This document shows positions 46,375 to 56,584 of a stretch of DNA of 64,000 bases, one piece after another. The stretch is from assembly GCA_000091205.1 (NCBI GenBank), contig AP006500.2; one strand, given 5' to 3'. Position numbers and translations under genes: made by a program. Source of the stretch: Cyanidioschyzon merolae (Eukaryota). How positions within the stretch are numbered: position 1 is the first letter of the stretch; each line of letters starts with the position of its first letter. Under the pieces are notes generated by a model. That model saw nothing but the letters and a program-made list of their open reading frames with translations, searched no databases and had not been told where the DNA came from.

Positions 46375-48834
46375 ATGACCTATGCACTCGACCTGGGGAG
46401 CTCGTGGGACGGTTTTATCGTAATCGGTACACTTGTGGTCCAGTTCATTCTGCGTTGCGAAGCAGACCGGTCCAAGGACGAGTTTGCGAAACAAGTCGAG
46501 CTACTGAGCCTCGTCACTGCTGGTGCGGTGCTCGTTTCCGCATTCAGGCGCGCTGCTTGTGAGCCCTGCCACCGCAAGGCCGCTACACGACGTATATTGG
46601 ACAGCGCATCAAGTTCTCTGGACGCAACGGCTAGCGAGCATAAGACCAGCGGTACTGGACAGACTGCGGTGCGAGCACGGCAGCGCTTTCGTCGAGCACG
46701 AGACCAAGGGCTCCTAGTTGGACTTTTCTTGCCTTTTCTCTGTATCCTTGGTGCGTTGCGCGCTAACCTGCTGACTCCAGCCCAAGCGGTGCACTCGCTG
46801 AGCCTGGCTTTCTGTCAGGCGTGGTGCGCAGCCTGGACCTGGCACCTGGTTCCAGAGGAAACACCGGCACCAGCTGCCTCGGGAGACCGCGCTTTTTGTC
46901 GAAAACGCCGCCCTGTTGGTACCGCGCTCTTGTCAAAAGTGCCGCCTCTGGAGCTGAACTCGGATAAAGAAGGCGCCGGGCTCTGCTGGGCTTTCCTGCT
47001 GGAGCTACTCTGGCTGCATTTGGTACCTCTGGTCATTCTGAGACGGCTCAGCGGTACGTCTTGGATGCCCATCTGTACAGCGACCGTAGCGACGCTGATC
47101 GTCCGCAAGACGCTCGCAAGCGATGCCTTTGCTGGCACGTTTACGTACGGCGAAGCACTCCTGGTATCGTTCCTGGTGACAGTGGCTTGGTTTTCGCCTT
47201 TTCACATGTTCCCGACGGCACTCGGGTCTTGGCATGTAGTAGGAGTACATCAATCACACCCAGCGGTGTGGCAGGAGCACAGCTGCTTTTCAGTTGAGAA
47301 GCGCCTTGTGCCGGCAATGCACTCCGAGTTAGCCGCCGATGTCAAGCGCAGCGGCGTTGAAGCGATCCCGCTGTTTCACTTGTTCAAAGCGAGGCGCATC
47401 TCGGCAGCGTCATGTACTGAGGCTTGCGGTTGCGACGCACAGCCACCAAGGCAGCACGGGAGCCCCGGCACGCTGCAACAGTCGCGTCACATATCGCATG
47501 CTTGTCCGTATCGTCGCCTCATGCAAAGGTATCTGTTGAAGACCTCGGTAGAGCTTGCCACCGCAGGTATTTTGTTTGTGAATCACTGGCACCGATGGTT
47601 AGCGGGCTGGAACCAGGGTCATCGCGCACGCGCATCAAGTTGCGGTGCAGTGGGCATTGCTTTAAGGAGCCAGCAAGTGAGCGCTGTTCGCAACCTGCTT
47701 CGGCGGTTCGCTCGTCCGCTTGGTCTGGCCTTGCCTCTGGCACTGATCCTGCCCTTGAACTACTTGATGGCGCGTCGGACATTGAAGCGTTTATCGAGCA
47801 TGAACTCGGGCTCTTTTAGCGACTGCACAGACGCAGATGCTGCGGAGCCGTTCCGCTTGCTATGCAGCTGGATGACCCGAGACGTGTCGATTATGGTGCT
47901 CGTTCTCTACTGGGCTGTGACGCTTGCGGTAGGCATCTTCGCTCTAGGTCCGCATCGTTGGAAATGGCGACGCATCGTTGCCCGCAAGTACTACCATTTG
48001 CTGGCGCTCTTGCTTTTTATGCCGGTTATCTTGCGGCAGGATCCGCTATTATGGCAGTTTCTTTCCTTTGCTCAGACAGTAGCCTTGGCGGTGCTCATTG
48101 CCCTGGAGCTAGCCCGAATATCGGGTACGAACGCTGCGTTTCCCTTGGAGAGGCACTCGCCGTCAAAAGCTGCTTATTTGGTCGCTGGAACTTCAATGCA
48201 CCAGGTATTCGACGGTGGTCATGATGATGGTGTTTCTGCTGCAGCCAGCGGTGATCGAACAACTCCCTCCATGGATGCATCTCTGGGTGCGTCTGGTGGC
48301 ACGCAGAGTCGCCCCAGTTGCGACGTAACTCGAGGCCGCTCCTTTTACGAATCTGTTCATCAATTCATGACGACACTGGTCGACGAACGTGACCAGGGGA
48401 GCGTCATCGTCAGCCACCTCTATCTGCTTCTGGGATGTGCTGCACCTGGATGGCTTCTCCTGGGGCTCCTCGAACGATTTTCGGCATCGAATGGCTCCTG
48501 GACGAGTTTACTGACAGACTGGAGCAGTGGTCTGCTTTCGCTGGGTGTCTTCGATACTGCCGCGTGCATTCTGGGCAGTCGCTTTGGGAGACACCACTGG
48601 CCTCATAGTCGCAAGACAATCGAAGGCAGCTTGGGTGGCTTTATAGCTACCTGGCTATGTCAGTTGTTGCTGCAGCAGTGGCACGCACCGAATGTATTTC
48701 ATGTCAACTGGACAGCACTTGCGCGTTTCTCCGGTGCTGTGTTTCTCTGCACAGTATTTGAGGCACTTACCGCACAGAACGATAATCTGGTGCTACCAAT
48801 GTTCTGCTTCGCGGTTCTAGGGCTGTTCGGTTGA
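46375..48834 (+). CDS. DOLK: Dolichol kinase (CTP-dependent, SEC59/DOLK family) with a long N-terminal extension.
   Basis: The C-terminus GVFDTAACILGSRFG...SRKTIEGSLGGFIATWLC...TAQNDNLVLPMFCF matches the DOLK motif G-D-x-x-A...K-T-x-EG and the conserved ...DNLLLP... tail, with multiple predicted transmembrane helices. 819 aa against about 520-540 aa typical. Confidence 0.7.
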   Translation: MTYALDLGSSWDGFIVIGTLVVQFILRCEADRSKDEFAKQVELLSLVTAGAVLVSAFRRAACEPCHRKAATRRILDSASSSLDATASEHKTSGTGQTAVRARQRFRRARDQGLLVGLFLPFLCILGALRANLLTPAQAVHSLSLAFCQAWCAAWTWHLVPEETPAPAASGDRAFCRKRRPVGTALLSKVPPLELNSDKEGAGLCWAFLLELLWLHLVPLVILRRLSGTSWMPICTATVATLIVRKTLASDAFAGTFTYGEALLVSFLVTVAWFSPFHMFPTALGSWHVVGVHQSHPAVWQEHSCFSVEKRLVPAMHSELAADVKRSGVEAIPLFHLFKARRISAASCTEACGCDAQPPRQHGSPGTLQQSRHISHACPYRRLMQRYLLKTSVELATAGILFVNHWHRWLAGWNQGHRARASSCGAVGIALRSQQVSAVRNLLRRFARPLGLALPLALILPLNYLMARRTLKRLSSMNSGSFSDCTDADAAEPFRLLCSWMTRDVSIMVLVLYWAVTLAVGIFALGPHRWKWRRIVARKYYHLLALLLFMPVILRQDPLLWQFLSFAQTVALAVLIALELARISGTNAAFPLERHSPSKAAYLVAGTSMHQVFDGGHDDGVSAAASGDRTTPSMDASLGASGGTQSRPSCDVTRGRSFYESVHQFMTTLVDERDQGSVIVSHLYLLLGCAAPGWLLLGLLERFSASNGSWTSLLTDWSSGLLSLGVFDTAACILGSRFGRHHWPHSRKTIEGSLGGFIATWLCQLLLQQWHAPNVFHVNWTALARFSGAVFLCTVFEALTAQNDNLVLPMFCFAVLGLFG

Positions 48835-50346
48835 AGTCGTGTCTCGTGTACTGGACAACGATTACGCGTTTCCCAGATGCTCTGTTTCTCTGCACAGGAT
48901 ATGAGACGCTCACTGCGTAGAGCGCCAAATCGGTGCAACCGAGGGTCTGCTTCGCACTTTTAGAACTGTTCGCGGGAAGTTATCCATCTGCGACTTGTGT
49001 CCCGGTGATCGAGTCTCGCACGATCGCTCGTGGAGACTGAGTTGGAAATCAACCCCTGGAGGCCTGCTCTGCGAAGGGCTCAGCCAAGTGCATGTTCTTT
49101 CGCCTCAGGATACGATCATAAAGCTGGGATGTTTTCGAGCATAGTCCATAAAGGATGCGTGATTCGGATGCGTCTCTGGATGGAATTGGTCTTTCGAAAG
49201 GGACCCAGTGTGATCGGCGCCTTATCGCTGCCGACAAGTTTACCGACATCGATAGGAGCCTTCAGCTCGAGTCTCGGTCGCTGCGCGTGTTTCTCCTGGT
49301 TGCGCCAGCAGAGCGCTCGTATCTCTTCAGCGTATACGCGGATGACGGCACGGGAGGTTCCAGATGTGCTTTGCTCGGAATCCATGTGCTTCTGACTCCA
49401 GTACGACGGAATCTGCATTGTTCACGGTTCCCGTTGTTCTCGACACGGTATTTCACTGTTCGTGTAGCGGGTCATCCGCGATCTCCGAATGTTCGCCTTT
49501 TTCCAAGCCAAACAAGGTCTATGGAATACCCCCGCTTCAAACATCCTGTCCCAAGGTGCAATGAAGGGTCTGATTCTCGATGAACTGCCCCCTGGAGACT
49601 TTCGGTGGGATCTTGTGCCGTCCCTGAGGCGCCAGATGCAGCAGCAGCTTCTTGCGCGAAGTTTCGTTTCCTGTATGTGCAAGCGTTCATGAATTGGTGC
49701 AACGAAATAACGTCGTGCGGGTGTGTGTAACGTCGCCAGCGAGACGACAAGCTTTGCGACGGCACATAGCCAGCTCTTAGTGCTAGATACTTTACGTGCG
49801 TCGAAGCGTTCACAGCCGCCTTGCCGTGCGCCCATTAAACTTTGGTGCGTTCATGAATACCGCACCCGAAGCGGCACCACTGCATATCGAGAAGGGCTGG
49901 ATTCATGCATCCCTTTTCAGCGCTCCGTTGGGATCATTGCAATCGATTTCGACGATTCGCTGCAACGTTGTTCACACTCTTTCAGCCTAGCGTTGTGCCT
50001 CCCATCTCGGGGGCATGCGCGTGTGTACTGTGGTCAAAAATCGTCGCATGTACGCAGCGTTGGTGTTCATCTACAGAATGAAGTGCGTCGACTCTAATGC
50101 AGACACCTTGCTTATCGGGTAACCGAATGTTGCTCTGTGGCCAGTCATGTGGAGGTGCGCACGCAAAGCTCGAATCGTGTGCAGTGAACAATGGGCACAA
50201 GAGGCACTGCATTTTTCCTGACATACGAGCGCTATCATGCGGAGTGGTTCCTTGGCTCACGAGCGCAGTGTGCACCATCAGCACTAGGGAGCATTCGGCG
50301 CGCGTTCACTTCGCTGCCGTGTCACCCGCGACCGCCAAAATGCCGG

Positions 50347-51024
50347 TCACGACAGCTCTCTATGCAGGGCATGTGTTCGAGCACGCGCCAGCTCCGCTGT
50401 CAGAGCTTCGTACTGCAGTCTTGTCGCCTGGATTTGTTGTCGAACGCGTTCGCGGGCCTGCTGGACTTTTCGCAGATCCTCTTCCTCGACCTGATGCAGG
50501 TCACCACCAAAGAGCGGCATAAGATCACCCCAACAATCCGACGGCATCCGCGCTACATCAGAGCGGTGGAGTGCGCGTTCGACTTCAGGCGCTGGCTGTG
50601 AGAAAACGAGCACATCGAGATGCTCACTCACGACGGGTTTCTCAGTTAATTCCTGCCCCACTGATGGAAAAAGCCGAAGCGGATGATACATTTCCACCGG
50701 TTTATCCGGATCAGAAATAGGAAAGAGCCGTATAATAACCTCAAACTCACCCCAGCCGTGTTCCGTGAGGCAGAACGGTGGCTCCTTCACCACGCGCACC
50801 GGGTCCGCGAAGGACTCGTGCAGCACGAACTCCACTTTTTGGATGTAGAGCGAGAGATCCTCGAGCGGGTCACGCGCACCACGCACGTAGACCGTCCAGC
50901 GGTGGGTTTTTGTCTGGGGCGCTCGCGGTCCTAGCCAAAACGCTATACTGCCGTGGACGAGGCGTTTTTCGTTCAGGGTGTTCTCTGCAGAGCCATCAGT
51001 CGTCGGAGCAGGTCCTACAAGCAT
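50347..51024 (-). CDS. YEATS4: YEATS-domain protein (YAF9/GAS41/YEATS4; NuA4/SWR1 subunit).
   Basis: THRWTVYVRG...YIQKVEFVLHESFADPVRVV...PFCLTEHGWGEFEVII is the YEATS core, and the C-terminal coiled-coil is typical of Yaf9/GAS41. 225 aa. Confidence 0.85.
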   Translation of the reverse strand: MLVGPAPTTDGSAENTLNEKRLVHGSIAFWLGPRAPQTKTHRWTVYVRGARDPLEDLSLYIQKVEFVLHESFADPVRVVKEPPFCLTEHGWGEFEVIIRLFPISDPDKPVEMYHPLRLFPSVGQELTEKPVVSEHLDVLVFSQPAPEVERALHRSDVARMPSDCWGDLMPLFGGDLHQVEEEDLRKVQQARERVRQQIQATRLQYEALTAELARARTHALHRELS

Positions 51025-51213
51025 AGAAAATACGTTTCAGCTTTTGTAGGCACCAGGCCGCACAACATAGAGGAAAGCGTATCGCCTATACGAACCCAAA
51101 TGGCATCTTTGCTGCGACCTGACGCACGCCGCTCGGTATCCCGCAACGTGTACCTGGGCGAGATGCAGTCGCCGTTCGCGTGCAGGAGGAGGAGGTGGTG
51201 GTGGTTGCGGAGA

Positions 51214-51433
51214 CAGCACGCTATACTATTCAGGTAGGTAGGTACGCTCTCGGCACACCGGGAGATCCAGAATGCGTCGAGGCCATTGCTGGATATGCCC
51301 ATCTTAGAACGAAAAGAGAAGGACAGCACGCTATACGATTCAGGCAGGTAGGTACGCTCTCGGCACACCGGGAGCTCCAGAATGCGTCGAGGCCATCGCT
51401 GGATATGCCCATCTTAGAACGAAAAGAGAAGGA
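51214..51433. repeat. Direct tandem duplication, 110 bp x 2.
   Basis: cagcacgctatac(t/g)attcagg(t/c)aggtaggtacgctctcggcacaccgggag...gaaaagagaagga is found at 51214 and 51324. Confidence 0.85.
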
Positions 51434-52614
51434 GTTCTTCTTGCGAACACCAGCGAACATGCTAAAGTTTCGGTTCAGTTCCACTATGATCAGCATAAGC
51501 CTGCGCGGGCTCTTTCCTGCGACTGCTTTCTTCCCGATTCCTTTATTTCCAGCTTAAAGTGCATCGGTCTCTCATGTGCTGCCAGCACCGTTGTCAGCAG
51601 TTCAAGGTTCTGGATCCTGGCGTTGGAGTCTCGATGACGCTATTGCCAGCTGTTGTCGACGCATTTCATGCACGGGCAAAAGTTGCGATCGATGCAGTAC
51701 GTACGATTTTTCATCTCCACCGTATAAAGCCTCGGTGCGCCGTTCGCAGCCGCTACACTTGACAATCGTCAGGTGTTGCCGTATTTCCACTGCACATCCT
51801 CTTGCTCAGCGGGCCGCATGTGGCGCGTGAACGCTTACTTCATCGCTTGGCACATGTCGTTGACGGGTCCAGAAGGCCCTCCTTGATACCTCCCTGGCTT
51901 TTCCCGCCATATGCCGCATGCGACGATCACGGGCTTCCTCTGGGCGTTCCGGTGGCGAGTACTTTGTTCGCAACACAGCCACGCGCACGCTGTACGATTC
52001 GGTAGAAGAGTTTCGGAAGGCGATTTCGTCCGTGCGAGAACGAGACCGAGGTAGAAAGTCGAGGTCAGACAACGTGACGAGATCATTCGATCCGGCTGCG
52101 CTTCGAGCTTTCAGCGGCGATACGCGACTTCCAATGGACATGATCCCTGCGATGACTGAATTCTGAGTGCGACACTCCTTTCCATGGAAGCAGAAGCGCC
52201 GAAAAGCCTCGGATGGCGTATCCTGTAAACGGTACCATGCTCATGTGGAATCCGGTTTGATCGATAGCGAAGAAAAACGAAGGATTCGTTTTTCGAACGG
52301 AATCGATTATTATATGACGTGATGATTTCAGCGGACATTCGATGTGAGTTTCTGGAGCAGTCGTCAAGCGACCACGTCGAGGTTTCTTTTCGTCAGTATA
52401 GGAGCGTGAATCGCTGCGCCTGCGACTTGCCCAGATCTTAGCGATGAAAAACTTGAAGCCTATTTGATTTGCGCATGTCACCTGTGAGGACGGAGACGCG
52501 TGGAGGATAACGCGTTCTGGTAAAATAATGAGGCAAGTTATTTTGCGAGTCCTTGTTCACGAGCGATGCAGGTTATCTCGATTCGTACGACGGTACGAGT
52601 TCTAGCGGCAAGGC

Positions 52615-53000
52615 GTCGAAGAAGCCTCCCCGAAAATACGACCGAGAATGCTGAAACCACGCATGTATCCGTTCGTCTTTATTGATGTTTTTCGATTCCC
52701 GAAGTTGTCCATTTGAAACCAAGGATTCCTCGAACTCGTACCCTCTCTGTGCCACTACAGTCTCATTGTCGCTCCGTCAGACAAACACATTTTCTCGGCA
52801 ATCTCCTCCCCTCTTCTTCTTCTTTCCCGTCACTTGCTCTTCTTGGCTCGACGGTCGCCCAGAAGAATATTATTTTCGATTTTTCCTGCAGCCGGCCGCA
52901 CAGGGCCTCCAGGATCACTTACTTTTATGTCCATAATTTTCCCTTGGATTTTTTATCTCTTCAATTGAATACATTCTTTAGACCCTTAGGTGAGAACCTT
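52615..53000 (-). mobile_element. Fanzor-like 3' fragment abutting a Tc1/mariner transposase remnant (composite decayed transposon).
   Basis: aaggattcctcgaactcgtaccctctctgtgccactacagtctcattgtcgctccgtcag and the sequence after it are collinear with the fragments at 29.5 kb and 43.2 kb and with copy B near 56920. Confidence 0.5.
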
Positions 53001-53048
53001 TCCGGGACGAGAAGAACTTGCAGAAGAAAGCCGACATGGGCGTCGGAG

Positions 53049-53560
53049 TCATCGTATGGTGAACGCTTGCGCGATTCGCCCAGTGGAGCGATCATTATGT
53101 TTCACGATAGAAAACATTCGTTCGATGGCATTGTACCACAGAGTGTACGGAGGAATGAAAAGCAGGTCCATGTTGGATCGAACCAGCAAATGCTCGAACG
53201 TAGGGGTAATAGTGAAATACCACGCAGTCCAATAGAAGGACATCGTCAGACGTCAGGGAAAAGTCTTCTAGGACTCGATAAAGTGGGGTTGTTGTGTGAG
53301 CCTTCTCTACGAGAGAAACTTAGGCCGCCAAATAAATCCACTGCAGTTAGAATAGATGATGTCGTCCCTTTTTCGAGTTCGATTGTACGTACATCGTGCT
53401 CCCTGCTCCGCGAGTACACATTTCCGCTCCGACCGTTTCGTCCGAAGGAATTCTCATCGACGGGAAAAACAAACCCACGTCCATCTGCTTCATACCGATC
53501 GCTGAGTTCCGGGAACGTTGTTGTACTTGCGATTTCGGTGGAAGATGGATGCACGTGAAC
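53049..53560 (-). pseudogene. IS630/Tc1-mariner DDE transposase remnant.
   Basis: The minus-strand ORFs translate VFPVDENSF, which resembles the first-Asp motif vfiDEsgf. They also give LLFIPPYTLWYNAIERMFSIVK, which resembles LPPYSPDLNPIE, the third catalytic motif of Tc1/mariner transposases. The frame is interrupted. Confidence 0.5.
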
Positions 53561-56270
53561 TATGACTTTTTTCGCGGCGGTATCCCAGTGTTTTCATAAC
53601 CATACGAGCAAGCTGATACGAATCAGAGACGCACTTGGCGACTGCGATCGACGCATTGTTTTCCTACTAATGACAGCAATGAATCTTTGGGTATATCGGT
53701 TTTTGGCGCGGGGCGCGTACAACTTTTTCTTTCTTTCAGTGCTCGCCAGTCAGCAGAGTACTGTGGTATGACTGATCTGAAGGAGGAATGCAGTCATCCT
53801 TGCACTGTTCAGTAGAGGATATAGATTCAAAAGGCAATTCCCCGACGATCTCTGCTGTACAACGCATAGTGACGTCGATCGCTTGTTCCTCACTGTGGAA
53901 ACAGCATTCAATTCCATGCAGCGAAGATCCTGTACTATTGAGCTGAATGTCCAGAGGTACCGGATGTCGTGCGCCCCAAAAGAGTCAGCGATTCGGACGT
54001 CACCGCCGCCACTGATGACGGCTCATGCCCTCCGGCACAGGCGCAGATCTCGCAGATCTCGGCAGGGACCCCTGCCTGGACGCCCGTGAGAGTGGATCAC
54101 TTGTACCGAGGCGCGCGGTGATAAATTTCCATCATCATCGCTGAGCATGTGCCGGATGAAGATTCATCACGGACGAGTGACTGATACTGCACATCGATCC
54201 TGCGCGAGTATAGTCAGACGATTCTGTACAGAAAGCAGTATATAAATGCTTGCGCGACGCCGCACCGAATGATGCTCGAGTACCTATGTCCACTTCGTAC
54301 ACTTAAATCCGTGTTTTCGGTTGGCGTTCAGGCACAGGCGCGCCGTCTTTCGACGCGCGATCCGTGTCGGGCGGTGGTACTCCAACGTCGCCGAGTCCGG
54401 GAACAGAGGCGGCGCGAATCGAATCGTGCGTTTCGCTATCCCTGTCGCCGAACTAGTACGTATCGCGATCGCAGCCGGACGCATTTTTGTAGATTGTGCC
54501 GTCTACTAGTGGGGCAAGACGCTTCCTTGAACACACCTGCGGCACTGCTACGTTCCAGAAGCTGAACTGATCCTGCTGCTCGGCTAGGATGCAAGCTCGA
54601 GACGGTACCTTCTGGTGCACGCCTATCGTTCCATGCAAAAGATCGGTCAGCATGCAGCGTCCTGGATCAGCGACCTCGGCGGTGGCGGTACAGTTTTCCG
54701 CATGGAGCTAATGTTCAGCACCCGTTCCAGACCAGTCATCCTCTCAATAGCACCTTTCCGTCTCAACCGTTCCTAATGTGAACTCGCTGGCGTTCCAGCA
54801 CTATGCTACAACCGATCATAGCGCTATGCAGCGCCGGGCTGGAGCAATGGAAACGGCAGACGATGAGCGCCTGACTCGCAATCGACTAGTATCCGATAGT
54901 GGTATTGCCCCGCTTATTGGTGTCGCTGCAGTTCTCCGTCGGTGCGTGCGGGCAGGTGGCATCGTCAGAGCATCGTTGAGCCTTGATCGGACCACCCTAT
55001 TCGGATGGTGACACAGGTTTCCGTCTGGAACCAAACAGCATCGCACGCCAAAATCTTAGGTCTGCAGTCCTGTCCAGGCGCTGAAGTACAGTTATCTGAA
55101 TAAGCCAGTCAGTCGGCGCTCATCTTGCGTGGTCGTCTTCCTAAGCGAGTTGGGTTGCGCGATGAGCAGGACTCTGGGCAAACGAACGCTAAACTGGAGT
55201 CCCGGCATTTGTATACATCTGGCTGGCAGCTGCTGAACAACAAATCATCACTAGCTCAGATGATCTATCGTCCACTGTTGGAAAGACTCGTTTATCCAAT
55301 ATCTCGGATATTCGTGCTTCTGCATAGGCGCACAAGTCGCTAGACTCATCGAAGCATCGCTGTGAGAAAAACGTGCTGTGGCCCGCTTCGTTGTCGTGAA
55401 CACAGGTGATCCGCATCCATAGAGGTGCGCACTTCCCGTAAATGCAGACCGCTCGTGAAGCCATTACGGATTCTGTGTCTTGGTCCAGGAGAGGGGAACG
55501 CTTCGCTCTCACGCTCAACATTAGTCAACAGGCTCAGTACAATGCCGTACTAGGCGTCGCTCGCGCGGTTTTCGACTCTCCCGACTGCCAGCCAGAGCGG
55601 CATGACGCCTCGTGTCGTCAGTGGTCATCGATAGCCTACTGCAATGCAACCGTAGCCCTCAAGTCTCGCCTTTCCAAGACACGGAATCCGGTGGTATGCC
55701 CCTTTCCTGCCGCACTCCGCTGGTCGCTCCTGCCTTGCATGTGAGACTGAAACGACGCAAAGATCCACAAAACCCAGACGCCGCAGCCACAAATAACAAC
55801 ATCCCACCTCGTGAAACGATTTCCAGTAGTCCACCCGTTCCAGCACTGAGAAAGGCAGAACATATCCATATTACCTCATGGAGGCCTCCATTTGCGGTTT
55901 GTGCTCTCTAGTACGCTTCGTTGGCATATTCGCTCCTTCTGGGTCCGTTGGTGTGTGCGGAGGTCCCTCTATCCACCTGTCAAGGAGCGTTGATCGTATG
56001 CAAGCGCTTCTCATGGGGCTTTAGCGGTACTCGGGGCAACTCGAATACTCAGCGTGTGCAGGGCGCTGGTCGACGCAGCAACTGCTCCCGTGCCTCACCC
56101 AGACATAGCCATACACGTATGACCAGCTTTAGTCTAGTGCGCTGCAACAGACTTCCGACATTTCGCCCCCAAGCAGCAAGTGGGGCCTTGAGGAGCCCTG
56201 TAAGCGTGTGGTCGCAGCTTCAGTACAGCAGAGGACCATCTCGACTTGCTCTATTTTAGCCACGGGTTCC

Positions 56271-56534
56271 CTACGAGTGCTGCGCAGAGTCAGCGGATCT
56301 GACGGGAACGCCAGGAAACTCTCGCTTGAGATGTTTCCATTCGGGCCGATCCGTGCTTTTCGACTCCGCCATATCGTGCGCAACGAGCAGATAGATGCCG
56401 TACGGAACCAAGACTCCAAAGAGCAACGCGGTACGAATGTTCCGCGGGGTGAAACGGAACCGCTCCTCTAGAGTCTCCCGTCCAGCAACCCAGGCTTCCA
56501 CGTAAGGATTCTTCTTCACTTGCATAGCACCCAT
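56271..56534 (-). CDS. NDUFB4: NADH dehydrogenase (complex I) beta-subcomplex subunit 4-like (NDUFB4/B15). The ORF extends to 56600.
   Basis: NPYVEAWVAGRETLEERFRFTPRNIRTALLFGVLVPYGIYLL follows the NDUFB4 pattern W-x-x-R-x6-F-R-P-T-P-K-N...G...P...IY. It is a single-transmembrane small protein. Confidence 0.5.
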   Translation of the reverse strand: MGAMQVKKNPYVEAWVAGRETLEERFRFTPRNIRTALLFGVLVPYGIYLLVAHDMAESKSTDRPEWKHLKREFPGVPVRSADSAQHS

Positions 56535-56584
56535 TCTTGGCCGATGTCTGCTTGAAAACGCGACTCTGAGCTTATCAAGAGCAA

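Noticed and set aside
52713-53558. 281-aa plus-strand ORF
   Set aside because: It lies antisense across the Fanzor fragment and the Tc1/mariner transposase remnant. Its composition is low-complexity and it has no motif. It is most likely a chance ORF in GC-rich transposon debris.
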